Part shown: in pieces, positions 9,976 through 19,991 of the stretch
Position numbering within the stretch: position 1 is the stretch's first letter
How the letters are laid out: each line of letters begins with the position of its first letter
From: a virus
Lineage: Duplodnaviria; Caudoviricetes
Length of the DNA stretch: 64,000 nt
Strand: one strand, 5' to 3'
Virus record (IMG/VR): IMGVR_UViG_3300010262_000137
Span: 1 to 64,000 of that record
Position numbers and translations under genes: made by a program
Notes under the pieces: generated by a model
The model's database searches: none
Told to the model about the DNA's origin: nothing
What the model saw: the letters and a program-made list of their open reading frames with translations, nothing else

Positions 9976-10210
9976 AATGAATAACATAATAAACATAAGT
10001 AATTTAATAAATAACATTTTATTAAGCTCTGATATAAAAAAATTATTAATATATGCTTTTAGAAGAAATGAAATAGTATAGATTATCTATTCTTCAAAGA
10101 AATAGGACAACTAACTAATATTCAATGTAATTATGTTTTATTGCATCAACCAAAATTAGGAATATAATAACTTAAAAATAAATATTAGAATACAATTTGA
10201 TGATGATATA

Positions 10211-10239
10211 TTGACAGTAAATATTGTAAGTGTTATGAT
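10211..10239 (+). promoter_or_regulatory. sigma-A promoter of the TA operon
   Basis: TTGACA-17 bp-TATGAT with TG extension; CAGTAAATATTGT repeated at 10215 and 10282 (possible operator). Confidence 0.6.
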
Positions 10240-10343
10240 TTAAATAGATAAATAAGTTGATAAATTAATTAATGTATTTATCAGTAAATATTGTGTATAA
10301 ATTTTGTTTTATAACATAAACTATATTGAGGAAGGTGAAAGAT

Positions 10344-10664
10344 ATGGATATCATGGGTGTATTAAAGAATACTGTTTCAATAACTTTATTTAATAAAGGA
10401 AAAGCAGGACAAATTTTTGAAAGTGTTAAAAAAACAGGTGCAAAAGTTGTTATGAAGAATAATGAAGCTGAATGTGTGCTTTTGTCTCCAGAAGAATATA
10501 CAAAACTCATAGAACAATTGAATGATATAAAATTGTTGAATATTGCACTTCAAAGAATGAATAATTATAATCCAGAAAAAACCGTAAGTCAAAAGCAATT
10601 AGATGAAGAATTTGGATTTACTGAAGATGACTTAAAAGATTACGAAAAGGTAGAATTTGAATAA
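10344..10664 (+). CDS. Phd/YefM family antitoxin
   Basis: VSITLFNKGKAGQIF...VVMKNNEAECVLLSPEEY motif; overlaps downstream toxin. Confidence 0.85.
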   Translation: MDIMGVLKNTVSITLFNKGKAGQIFESVKKTGAKVVMKNNEAECVLLSPEEYTKLIEQLNDIKLLNIALQRMNNYNPEKTVSQKQLDEEFGFTEDDLKDYEKVEFE

Positions 10665-10993
10665 TGGAATGGGAAGTAGAATATCTTGATGAAGCACGAA
10701 AAGATTTAAAAAAACTGGATGGAAGTCAAAGATTGTTAGTACGTAAAGCAATTGAAAAAGTGAGAGAAAATCCTATTGCTAAACAAGAAGGTGGGTATGG
10801 AAAACCTTTAGGAAACAAAAAAGGGAATGATTTATCTGGCTTTTTAAAGGTAAAATTAAAAAAATGTGGGATAAGAATTGTATATAAACTTATCAGAACA
10901 AACTCTCGCATGAAAATAGTTGTTATTGGAGCCAGAGAAGATAATGAGGTATATGAGATTGCTGGTAAGCGAATAGAAAAACATCATTTATAA
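10664..10993 (+). CDS. RelE/ParE family toxin
   Basis: WEVEYLDEARKDLKKLD...GKPL...LSGFLKVKL...RIVY...VIGAR. Confidence 0.88.
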   Translation: MEWEVEYLDEARKDLKKLDGSQRLLVRKAIEKVRENPIAKQEGGYGKPLGNKKGNDLSGFLKVKLKKCGIRIVYKLIRTNSRMKIVVIGAREDNEVYEIAGKRIEKHHL

Positions 10994-11090
10994 AAGTAAA
11001 AAAGTGAAAATATATTTTTCTAGATATAAAAATATATACGAATGTCTTAAAATGGTTAATAATTATATTTATATATACGATTAACCATTT

Positions 11091-11555
11091 TTGATATGTA
11101 TGGAAAAGTATATAATTGGAGAAAATAAACATATGAAAAAAGCATTAACTTATATAAGAGCATCAGAAAATAATAATAAAAGGACAATCAGCAAACAAAA
11201 GAAGTCTATTAAAGAATATTGTATGAAAAATAATGTTGAGATTGTTGATAATATACTTTTGGTTGGAACGAATGAAGAAAGTATAAAAGTGCTAGAAGAA
11301 TATATTCAAAATAATCCATGTCTTATTAATGCAATAGTGTGTAAATCGCACAAAATTATATCCTTAGATTTTGATTTGTATAGACATATAAGCATAATTT
11401 CAAAAGAAAATAATATTGAAATTTTAACAACAGAATTTAATGAATATGAAGCAATAGCGAATAGTAGATTTTTGTTAGAAGTAATGAAAATTGAAAAAGA
11501 GGAAGAAGAAAAAAAGCGTATTATTGATGTGCTTACAGAAAAATCTCTTAATTGA
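11091..11555 (+). CDS. serine resolvase catalytic-domain-like protein (short)
   Basis: KALTYIRAS...ISKQKKSIKEYCMKNNVEIV resembles the resolvase N-terminus; DRxxR motif and DNA-binding domain not evident. Confidence 0.55.
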   Translation: MICMEKYIIGENKHMKKALTYIRASENNNKRTISKQKKSIKEYCMKNNVEIVDNILLVGTNEESIKVLEEYIQNNPCLINAIVCKSHKIISLDFDLYRHISIISKENNIEILTTEFNEYEAIANSRFLLEVMKIEKEEEEKKRIIDVLTEKSLN

Positions 11556-11558
11556 AAA

Positions 11559-11603
11559 TTGCAAAAATTGTAGAAATACATGTAAAGTTAAATATGCTAA
11601 AAT
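11559..11603 (+). promoter_or_regulatory. conserved promoter-like element, copy A
   Basis: 39/45 nt identical to 61694-61738; contains TACATGTA and extended -10 TGnTAAAAT. Confidence 0.55.
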
Positions 11604-11624
11604 AATATTGTAGAAAAACGGATA

Positions 11625-11657
11625 AAAAGATCAACTTAAAAAAGTTGGTCTTTTTTC
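11625..11657 (+). terminator. intrinsic terminator ahead of the first tailed gene
   Basis: AAAAGATCAACTT-AAAA-AAGTTGGTCTTTT plus T tract. Confidence 0.7.
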
Positions 11658-11676
11658 ATAGGAAGAAGGTGAATAA

Positions 11677-12261
11677 ATGGAATTATTTTATACTGATTTA
11701 CAATACGCTAATACTTTTCAGGAATATCTTTTGTCAATGATTAATGATCAGCAACAAATGATTGATATTAAAAATAATTATAAAGTTTTTGTGCCTAATA
11801 GAATATATTCAAATAATCTTGAATATAAAAAAACTTTTGAACTTAATGAGAGTAAATATGATTTAGAAGATGGATTTTATAAAATGAAATTGTCTGAATA
11901 CTCTTCATGGGTAGATGAATTTTATTGTCTGATAGAAACAGGTGAAATTAAGCATGTATTATTTGATTGTTGTCAAGTTGAGTATTTGAGAGAATTATTA
12001 GATTTTGAAAATGCGAAGTCTATATTTGTATATGATAATATTAATGATTATCTTTTTGATAAATTTAATCTGAATTATCCTCAAAACAATGATTTACGTT
12101 TTGCATTTGAAACAAATGATATAAATTATATGAAAGAAACCAATATTGAATTTTATGAGGATATGAAATCATGCAGAAAAGGAACACTATTTTTATTAAG
12201 ACGAATGCTGAGACAGGTAGAAAGAGAAGTGGAACAGGAGGAAGATGATCCTGAATTATGA
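11677..12261 (+). CDS. hypothetical protein with acidic tail (EQEEDDPEL)
   Basis: ORF with RBS; acidic C-terminus. Confidence 0.65.
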   Translation: MELFYTDLQYANTFQEYLLSMINDQQQMIDIKNNYKVFVPNRIYSNNLEYKKTFELNESKYDLEDGFYKMKLSEYSSWVDEFYCLIETGEIKHVLFDCCQVEYLRELLDFENAKSIFVYDNINDYLFDKFNLNYPQNNDLRFAFETNDINYMKETNIEFYEDMKSCRKGTLFLLRRMLRQVEREVEQEEDDPEL

Positions 12262-12301
12262 TAAGGCTAGTTAGCCTTTTTTATTTTGAGGAGGAAAAAA
12301 T

Positions 12302-13396
12302 ATGTATGAAAATAAGAATGCAAGACCAATATATGAACCACCACGTAAGATAAAGACATATACAAAAGAAGAAAAAGCTTCAAGGAATGAAATACTTAGT
12401 GAAATCAAACAAAGCCTTCCAATTGTAGAATATGCATCTAACGTTTTAGGTTTAACTATTCTACGATCTAGAAAAGGAGAAAGATACCTAAAAAGCAAAG
12501 AATTATCTTCGCTGGTATTTGATTTGAAAATCAATAGAGTATTCTGGAATAAATATGGTAGTAAGGCACTAGATATCATTGATTTTATTGTACTTTATGA
12601 TGGATGTTCACATAGCGAAGCCATTAATAGAGTTGCTGAATACTATAAGGAGCGTGATCCAAATGCAGTTGAGCTTTTTAATTATGATATTACAGAAGAT
12701 AAAACAACAATATTTAAGGGAATAAAGCTTCCTGAACCATATAAGAATGATGTTATTGCAACAAGCTATCTACTTGAAACAAGAAGAATCAGTGAACATG
12801 TCATTAATAGATTAAGAGAAAACAATATGTTTTATGAAGATAAATATCATAATGCAGTTTTTATTGGATATGATATTGAAAACAATCCAAAATTTGGTGT
12901 GAGACGAGGTACATATCCAAGTGTTAAGTTTCAAAGAGATTGCGAAGGTTCTTATAAAAATTGTGGATTTTTTATAGAAAACAAATATCCAGTTAAAAAA
13001 CTTGTCTTAGCTGAATGTGTTATTGATGGATTAAGCTATTTGTCATTAAATAAGAATCTCATAGATTGTCATGTGTTATGTTCTTCAGGAGCAGGATGTG
13101 TCGCTAATACACTTTGGTTTAATTTGAATACAAGAGAATGTTTAAAAGATGTCGAAGAAATAGTCTGTGCCTGTGATAATGATGATGCTGGCAATCACGC
13201 ATATTTAACTGTAAAAAATTATATAGAAACAAAAAGACCAAATATTAAGCTGACTAAATTTACTGGATATGATGGAATTGATATGTTGCCAAACATGGAT
13301 CTTAATGATGTGTTAAAAAAAGTTAGAGAAAAAGAAGATTCTTATTTTATCAACAAGGAAAGTGAAGAAGAATTGAAAGGGGAAGAAATTGAATGA
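12302..13396 (+). CDS. DUF3991/toprim domain primase-like protein
   Basis: KLVLAECVIDGLSYL and VCACDNDDAG toprim motifs; YLLETRRISEHVI DUF3991-like segment. Confidence 0.8.
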   Translation: MYENKNARPIYEPPRKIKTYTKEEKASRNEILSEIKQSLPIVEYASNVLGLTILRSRKGERYLKSKELSSLVFDLKINRVFWNKYGSKALDIIDFIVLYDGCSHSEAINRVAEYYKERDPNAVELFNYDITEDKTTIFKGIKLPEPYKNDVIATSYLLETRRISEHVINRLRENNMFYEDKYHNAVFIGYDIENNPKFGVRRGTYPSVKFQRDCEGSYKNCGFFIENKYPVKKLVLAECVIDGLSYLSLNKNLIDCHVLCSSGAGCVANTLWFNLNTRECLKDVEEIVCACDNDDAGNHAYLTVKNYIETKRPNIKLTKFTGYDGIDMLPNMDLNDVLKKVREKEDSYFINKESEEELKGEEIE

Positions 13397-14361
13397 GCAT
13401 GTTAATTGAATATCGGACAACTGATGAATTTTTAGCAGAATTAAAAAGTGGAATTTTGAAAACTCAGATCAGCAATTATATTAAGATACATAAAACAGAA
13501 GAAGAAATATTCTCAAATATAGGAATAAAAGCAATAAGCATTGAAAATATATTTGATTTCTTTGAAATAGTTTTTAATGAAAATGATAATTATACATGTC
13601 ATGATTTAAAGCATTCATATGATAATCCATATGTGGACACTGTAAAAAATCTTATACAAGAGTGTTTTAATGAACTGTATCATATAGATATAGGTAAAAA
13701 TGTTTCATTTCAAGATGTTTATTCTAAACTTATTACAATTTATTCTGAAGAAGAAATGAAAAAGGGAAAATACTTGTATGAATTGATAAAATACGATGGC
13801 ATTGATAAAAAACAGGCATCAAGGATATTCGAAGTCAGTAATCGAGCTTATTTGAAAACTGATGATAGAATTTCATTTGATCATATTATTGATACTATCA
13901 AAAATGAATATATGCAAAATAATACATCATTAAAATTCATAGAAAGAATGGATCCTCATAATTTAATAGATGGAATCATCGATGGATGTATAAAAAGATA
14001 CATTCATCAACAATATAGTTATATACAAAAACAAGATGAATACAGCATAAAAGATTGGGAAAAGGATAAAAGGTTTGATGCTTTACCAGGACAAAAAATT
14101 GCTAGAGAAGTTGCTGAATATTTATATAATCATCTACCTCCTTTAAATCTACCTGATTGTGATGTGACAAATATTTATTCATCCGGATTCATGGTGGATG
14201 AGCCATTTTCATTTGATGAATATGGATATCCAATACATCTGGCTTTTGGTTTGAACAATGAACAGTATTATTTTATTGGTCGTCTTTCAAAGGAAGGGCA
14301 TCTTTTAGATCGAGATAATAAAACTGTTGAAGATAATGAAGAAGATTATGAAATGGAATAA
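13393..14361 (+). CDS. hypothetical protein with EEDYEME tail
   Basis: ORF; tail identical to three other genes. Confidence 0.65.
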   Translation: MSMLIEYRTTDEFLAELKSGILKTQISNYIKIHKTEEEIFSNIGIKAISIENIFDFFEIVFNENDNYTCHDLKHSYDNPYVDTVKNLIQECFNELYHIDIGKNVSFQDVYSKLITIYSEEEMKKGKYLYELIKYDGIDKKQASRIFEVSNRAYLKTDDRISFDHIIDTIKNEYMQNNTSLKFIERMDPHNLIDGIIDGCIKRYIHQQYSYIQKQDEYSIKDWEKDKRFDALPGQKIAREVAEYLYNHLPPLNLPDCDVTNIYSSGFMVDEPFSFDEYGYPIHLAFGLNNEQYYFIGRLSKEGHLLDRDNKTVEDNEEDYEME

Positions 14362-14406
14362 GGACGGCAAGTTGCCGTAATATAAAAAAGAAAGAAGTGA
14401 AAGGTT

Positions 14407-15591
14407 ATGTCAAGTATAGATAAAATATTGAAAGAATTTGAAAAAATGCGTTATCAAATGTTGAGCAGATTTCAATCAGATTGTAAATATTATTTAGGGA
14501 ACGGAAATAGATTAACAAAGTATTTATGGGGCTGTGATGAAGAAGAACACATCAACAGCATGATTAAACTTTACGATAGTTTCTCAATTGACGAGAAGCC
14601 AGAGTGGCTTACATTTGATGATATTCTTACGTATGCAAAAGATATGTTAAACGCTCCTTTAAAGTTATCGCAAAATGAATATCTTCAGCACTATGGTTAT
14701 GAAGATTTTTTAAGTGGCTTTTTAGATGATAAGGCAAAGGGAAATCTTCAACTCAAAAGTGAAAAAGGACAACAAAGATTTAAAAAGGAAAGTCTAACAC
14801 ATATCAATAACTATCATGATGAACGACAAAGACTTATCAAACAATATGATTCTCTTGTTGAACAAGGTATTATTATTCCTAAAACTAAACTTGAGATACG
14901 TCTTGAAACTGCAAGAGGGCATTATGAAAATAGAAATGTTCAAGCAACAAGACGTATGTTGCTGAAAACAGGAATCAATTGGCTTACTGGTAAAGAAATT
15001 CAAGTAGATAAGAAAAGTATAGAAAATAAGTTACATCTAACACATGATGAATTTCATGAATATAAGCAAGAACTTGCAAAAAAAATCTGGGGTTCTGAGA
15101 AATATTCAATAAGTGATTTTACAGCGGATTGCAAAAAAGTTGAGGTTATAGGATTTGATTTAGAACAATATCATATACCAGATGAAATTAAAATGATGAT
15201 TGATAGAGATATGTCTACTCATGGCAAATATTGTGATCATGAAACATTCTTTGGATTTATTGAACTTGATGAAGTTGATGGTGTTGCTAGAGAATATCAA
15301 TGTGGGTATGGACTTCCTTATGGGTATTCTGGGTATTATAGAAATAATGAAAACATGATGATTATTAATTACGCTGAAGGAGATTTTAATATTTCCTTAT
15401 ATACAGATAGAAATATATACAACAATGCAGTTATAAGAACTCATAATTTTTATGAAAAATCTAGTTTTTATTATTTTAATGGCAATGTATGGAGTGAAAA
15501 TGAAATATCAAATCAAACAAATAACTTCAGAGATGTGATCTGCATATTTGAATGTGATGATGAAATTGAAGAAAGTGAAGAAATGGAATAG
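14407..15591 (+). CDS. LPD11-domain polyvalent protein with acidic tail
   Basis: RYQMLSRFQSDCKYYLGNGNR...LW...KPEWLTFDDI is the LPD11 signature; ends EESEEME. Confidence 0.75.
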   Translation: MSSIDKILKEFEKMRYQMLSRFQSDCKYYLGNGNRLTKYLWGCDEEEHINSMIKLYDSFSIDEKPEWLTFDDILTYAKDMLNAPLKLSQNEYLQHYGYEDFLSGFLDDKAKGNLQLKSEKGQQRFKKESLTHINNYHDERQRLIKQYDSLVEQGIIIPKTKLEIRLETARGHYENRNVQATRRMLLKTGINWLTGKEIQVDKKSIENKLHLTHDEFHEYKQELAKKIWGSEKYSISDFTADCKKVEVIGFDLEQYHIPDEIKMMIDRDMSTHGKYCDHETFFGFIELDEVDGVAREYQCGYGLPYGYSGYYRNNENMMIINYAEGDFNISLYTDRNIYNNAVIRTHNFYEKSSFYYFNGNVWSENEISNQTNNFRDVICIFECDDEIEESEEME

Positions 15592-15728
15592 GACGGCAAC
15601 TTGCCGGAATTGAAAGAGAGGTGGCACAATGAATATCATGTTAAGCGAAGTTTTAAATATCTTATATACCTTATTACCAGGAGAAATGATAGTTGTTGAT
15701 GAACAAGGAATAAGAAAGGTGAAAGTGG

Positions 15729-16217
15729 ATGAGCAGTATTGATGTAGTTGGGATTAGATTAGTCAAGGAACGTGATATTAAGTATGATCGTAAGTTAAAT
15801 AGTGTCGAAGATGCAGTTGAAGTTATAGCAAATGAAATGAAGTATTTAGATAGAGAGGTCATGATGGTTGCTAATCTTGATAACCATAATCGTATTATTA
15901 ACACTCATATTGTAAATGTTGGCGGTATTAATTTTTCCTTTATTGATCCCAAGAATGTTTTTAAAGCTGCTCTTTTAAGTAATGCAACAAAGATTATGCT
16001 TGTTCATAATCATCCAAGTGGCTCTTGCAAACCTAGTAATGAAGATATTCAGATGACAGAGTCTATGAAAAAATTAGGGGAACTTATGACATTACCATTG
16101 CTTGATCATATTATTATTGGAAGTCATAGCTATTATTCAATCACGGCTGATATGGAATATGAATATGATTTATTTGAAAATGAAGAAAGCATTGATTTTG
16201 ATATAGAAATGGAATAG
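15729..16217 (+). CDS. JAB/RadC-like protein with acidic tail
   Basis: DREVMMVANLD, HNHPSGSCKPSNED, LLDHIIIG motifs; ends DFDIEME. Confidence 0.9.
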   Translation: MSSIDVVGIRLVKERDIKYDRKLNSVEDAVEVIANEMKYLDREVMMVANLDNHNRIINTHIVNVGGINFSFIDPKNVFKAALLSNATKIMLVHNHPSGSCKPSNEDIQMTESMKKLGELMTLPLLDHIIIGSHSYYSITADMEYEYDLFENEESIDFDIEME

Positions 16218-16257
16218 GACGGCAAGTTGCCGTTTTTTTTAATAGAAGGAGGAATTT

Positions 16258-17064
16258 ATGGAGAAAGATGTATACAAGTGTTCTTGTGAAAAATGGGGTG
16301 TTCATCAGGTTGACAATGCTTTAATCAATGGATGGAAACTAGAGGATATTGAAAGAGGTTATCGAATTGTATCTATAGAATTGAATAATTATACAGATAA
16401 AGAGTATCTGAAAAAGTATCCACATTTACAAATGAAGGTTATTTCTTTTCTTGATTTGTATGCTATGAAAGAAATCATGACAATTGATGAAGATACAATA
16501 AAAATGGATTATAAATTATATTCTAAATTAAGAGAAATTAATCCATTGAATTATCAAATGATGTATCCGTTGAAATGCAAAGAGAATGATTATGTGCTTC
16601 AATGCTTAAATTCTTCTATAGGCATAGAAGATATACAGCTAACTTTTAATCATGTTTTTCATCATATCAATTCACAATTAAAAGAAATTTATCAATTAAC
16701 ACAATCTCAATATGATAGATCAATAAAAGAAAGAGAAGGCATTATTCAAACGTACATGCCAATAGATTTGAAAAATCATGAAAAAATTCAAGATATCATC
16801 AACATTTCATTATTAGAGTCATATTCACAAATTAGAATAGAACTTAATGAAGCGTGTGAGATAACAAAACTTAGTATTATCTATTCTTTGAATTCCGATA
16901 ATTCATTCAATAATGCAAAACAACAAATATATTATGCAATGCAGGAAATCGAAGAAGATATATTGCTAAAACTTAAACAAGATCTTATACAAGCACAACA
17001 ACTCATAGAAGAACAAGAAGAACTTGAAGAAAATCAATATGAGGAAAGAGAGCGTTGTATTTAA
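16258..17064 (+). CDS. hypothetical protein with Glu-rich tail
   Basis: ORF with GGAGG RBS; ends EEQEELEENQYEERERCI. Confidence 0.65.
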   Translation: MEKDVYKCSCEKWGVHQVDNALINGWKLEDIERGYRIVSIELNNYTDKEYLKKYPHLQMKVISFLDLYAMKEIMTIDEDTIKMDYKLYSKLREINPLNYQMMYPLKCKENDYVLQCLNSSIGIEDIQLTFNHVFHHINSQLKEIYQLTQSQYDRSIKEREGIIQTYMPIDLKNHEKIQDIINISLLESYSQIRIELNEACEITKLSIIYSLNSDNSFNNAKQQIYYAMQEIEEDILLKLKQDLIQAQQLIEEQEELEENQYEERERCI

Positions 17065-17097
17065 GGGACGGCAAGTTGCCGTAATTGGAGGAATGTT

Positions 17098-17928
17098 ATG
17101 AAATCAAGATTTATATTTGACATGGATGGAACTTTAGCAAAGTGGAACTTTGTTTCTGATGAACAGCTATATGAAAAAGATTATTTTCGTAATTTAGAAC
17201 CACACAAGAATATTATAGAAGCTGCAAAACAATTGATGAATGAAGGACAAGAAGTTTATATTTTATCTTGTTATTTGGCAGATAGTGAATATGCCTTGAA
17301 AGAAAAGAATGATTGGCTCGATAAATATCTTCCTGAAATTAATACTAACCATAGACTTTTTGTTCCGTATGGTATGCCTAAGACAGAATTCTTTGAAACT
17401 GTTAAAATGACTCCAATTACATATAATGATTATCTTATAGATGATTATACAAAGAATCTTGAGGAATGGTCAAAAATTGGTGGTACAGGCATTAAATATC
17501 TAAATGGTATAAATAACACTTATGGAACATGGAAAGGTGCTAGAATAAGTAATTTGAACGATATTTATAATCTTTTACATACAATAGAGAATATAAAAAA
17601 CAAAACTCTATTTTATCAGTTTATTGATAATGAGTATTTTGATATTTCAATCATTCCTAAGGATAAGTTTGTTTACAAAGTTGGTATTATGAACAATCAA
17701 AAAGATAATTTTTTTATCTATTCATACCAGCAAACTAATAATCTAGAACTTCATCATATTGGATATATAATATCAGATAGAGATGTTATTCAGGATGCAT
17801 TTCATTTAGGAATACTGGATAACAAAGATGATAAATTAACAATGCTGTCTCTGAGTAAAATGTATGGTGGACTATTCCCTGATGATCTTATTCATCATGA
17901 AATAGAAGAAGATTATGAAATGGAATAA
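17098..17928 (+). CDS. HAD-family 5'(3')-deoxyribonucleotidase-like protein with EEDYEME tail
   Basis: FIFDMDGTLA motif I, YILS motif II, LIDDYTKNL motif IV, WxxxGGTGIK. Confidence 0.8.
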   Translation: MKSRFIFDMDGTLAKWNFVSDEQLYEKDYFRNLEPHKNIIEAAKQLMNEGQEVYILSCYLADSEYALKEKNDWLDKYLPEINTNHRLFVPYGMPKTEFFETVKMTPITYNDYLIDDYTKNLEEWSKIGGTGIKYLNGINNTYGTWKGARISNLNDIYNLLHTIENIKNKTLFYQFIDNEYFDISIIPKDKFVYKVGIMNNQKDNFFIYSYQQTNNLELHHIGYIISDRDVIQDAFHLGILDNKDDKLTMLSLSKMYGGLFPDDLIHHEIEEDYEME

Positions 17929-18009
17929 TGGATAGCAAGTAGCTGGAATTTCAAAAATGAGTTTTAAGTAACTGATATTTTTGCTATAATATTTATAGGT
18001 GGTGACACT

Positions 18010-18327
18010 ATGAAATGTAAAATCTGTATTGATAATCCATTTATGAATTGTGAGAAAATCTATCCATTACAACAAAAGTCAATTCAAAAAATAGTTGACT
18101 CATTAAAGGATAATAATAATATAAAAAAAATCATTATTTTTGGCTCAAGTGTAACAACAAAATGTCATATCAATAGTGACATTGATATTTACTTGGAATT
18201 AAAAGAAAATAAAAAAATAAATTTTCCTTTTGTCGAACGTGCTTATGACTATTGGAATAATTTTACTGTTAATGATTTATTGATGAAAGAAATACAAGAT
18301 AAAGGAGTGATAGTTTATGAAAGCTAA
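18010..18327 (+). CDS. minimal nucleotidyltransferase (MNT)
   Basis: IIIFGSSV...SDIDIY motif; ends IQDKGVIVYES. Confidence 0.8.
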   Translation: MKCKICIDNPFMNCEKIYPLQQKSIQKIVDSLKDNNNIKKIIIFGSSVTTKCHINSDIDIYLELKENKKINFPFVERAYDYWNNFTVNDLLMKEIQDKGVIVYES

Positions 18328-18408
18328 AACATTCTTTAGAATAAGGTATACGAAAGTATATCTTTTTTTGTTGTACGGCAACTTGCCGTAATCGAAAGGA
18401 AGATCTAT

Positions 18409-19113
18409 ATGAACTTAAAAAATATTACAGATGAAAAAAGAAATAAAGAAATCATGGAAAAAGTTATACCTTGCTTTGAAGCTTATAGAATGATTAAAAT
18501 GAGCAATGGTAAGATTGTTATTATCAATATTGAGGATTGTGGTATATCGGAAAGTGAAATAAATGAGGAGTTTATTAAAAATAATGATGAGTTTCTCACA
18601 ATTTATGAAAACTATACAGCTGCACTTCAAGATTGGTTAACTGATATACAGACAGATATCAAAGATATAGGACTATATTCAGATAATGAATATAGTTTTT
18701 ATTTAAGTAAAATCGAATTAGAATATTTGGGATTTGAAGAAGAAATATTGAAAACGGAATACTTACCAAATATACATGAAGAAATAAAAAATGAAACTTT
18801 TAATTATCTAGAAGTAGAACAAAATATTTTTGAATTTGCAAAATCAGAAACTAGAAAAGCTGGTTATGAACTTCTACAGGTAATGAAGTATAGTAATCAT
18901 CCAGAACATAATTATTTATATTTAGTAATAGCACATAGAGAAAATGCACTAGAAGGATATAAATATGTATCCTGGATTATGAATGACAGAGGATTGGATT
19001 TAGGAATATATTCAAATTCTTTTAAAAAATGTTTACAAAATACAGCTGATAGAATGAATGAAATGAATTTTGAAAACGAATTGGAAAGTGAAGAAGATTA
19101 TGAAATGGAATAA
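18409..19113 (+). CDS. hypothetical protein with EEDYEME tail
   Basis: ORF with RBS directly after a palindrome. Confidence 0.65.
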   Translation: MNLKNITDEKRNKEIMEKVIPCFEAYRMIKMSNGKIVIINIEDCGISESEINEEFIKNNDEFLTIYENYTAALQDWLTDIQTDIKDIGLYSDNEYSFYLSKIELEYLGFEEEILKTEYLPNIHEEIKNETFNYLEVEQNIFEFAKSETRKAGYELLQVMKYSNHPEHNYLYLVIAHRENALEGYKYVSWIMNDRGLDLGIYSNSFKKCLQNTADRMNEMNFENELESEEDYEME

Positions 19114-19155
19114 GGACGGCAACTTGCCGTATTGATAGAAAGGTGGATTAAAAAT

Positions 19156-19950
19156 ATGAAATTTAAAATGGAAGATATTGTACTGTATTTTTCTTTGAAG
19201 TATGATGGAGAGTTCAATCAGATATATGAATCAATATGCAACAAAGAACAAGTTGATGAAGTGGAATTTAACCAGCTTGTATCACAAGTTAATTCACAGT
19301 ATACAACAATCTTTAGTGATGATTATCCTAAAGCATTAAGACATATAGATAACCCTCCATTTGTTTTATATTATTATGGAGATTTATCTTTGATGAATAA
19401 AAAAACAATAGCTGTAGTTGGAATGAGAGAACCAAGTGAATATGGAATTAGAGCTACTGATCTTGTGTCAAAAGAACTTGCTGAAAATGGATATACTGTT
19501 ATAAGTGGCTTGGCAAAAGGTATAGATACTATTGCTCATGAAACAGCAATTAAGGCTGGCGGTAATACAGTTGCTGTATTACCAACAGGAATTGACAACT
19601 GTTATCCAATCCATAATAAAGAATTATATAAAAAAATGAAAGAAAGTCAGCTGATCGTAAGTGAATACCCATCAATGACTCAGCCAAGAAAACACACATT
19701 TTCGTATAGAAATCGAATTATTGCTGGTTTGTCTGATAGTATTTTAATATCGGAATGCAAGGAAATGAGTAGTAGTCTATTAACGGCTTCGTTTGGAATT
19801 GAACAAGGTAAGGATATATATGCTATACCTATTGCTATTGATAGCCCCAATCAAGGAAGCAATTCACTAATTAAAAATGGTGCATTTACTTTTACTTGTG
19901 TAGAAGATATTCTAGAACAAGAAATAGAAAGTGAAAATATATTAGAATAA
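19156..19950 (+). CDS. dprA: DprA/Smf DNA-protecting protein with acidic tail
   Basis: PPFVLYYYGD, IAVVGMR, VISGLAKGID, RNRIIAGLS, GSNSLIKNGA motifs. Confidence 0.9.
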   Translation: MKFKMEDIVLYFSLKYDGEFNQIYESICNKEQVDEVEFNQLVSQVNSQYTTIFSDDYPKALRHIDNPPFVLYYYGDLSLMNKKTIAVVGMREPSEYGIRATDLVSKELAENGYTVISGLAKGIDTIAHETAIKAGGNTVAVLPTGIDNCYPIHNKELYKKMKESQLIVSEYPSMTQPRKHTFSYRNRIIAGLSDSILISECKEMSSSLLTASFGIEQGKDIYAIPIAIDSPNQGSNSLIKNGAFTFTCVEDILEQEIESENILE

Positions 19951-19991
19951 TAAACGGCAAGTTGCCGTAATTAGAAAAGAAAGGAAATAAT

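Larger units (their letters stand above)
14364..19968. repeat. intergenic palindrome ACGGCAA(G/C)TTGCCGT, left cluster (8 copies)
   Basis: Copies start at 14364, 15593, 16219, 17068, 17932 (degenerate, 10/15), 18375, 19116, 19954; most lie just after a stop codon and before an RBS. Confidence 0.95.
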
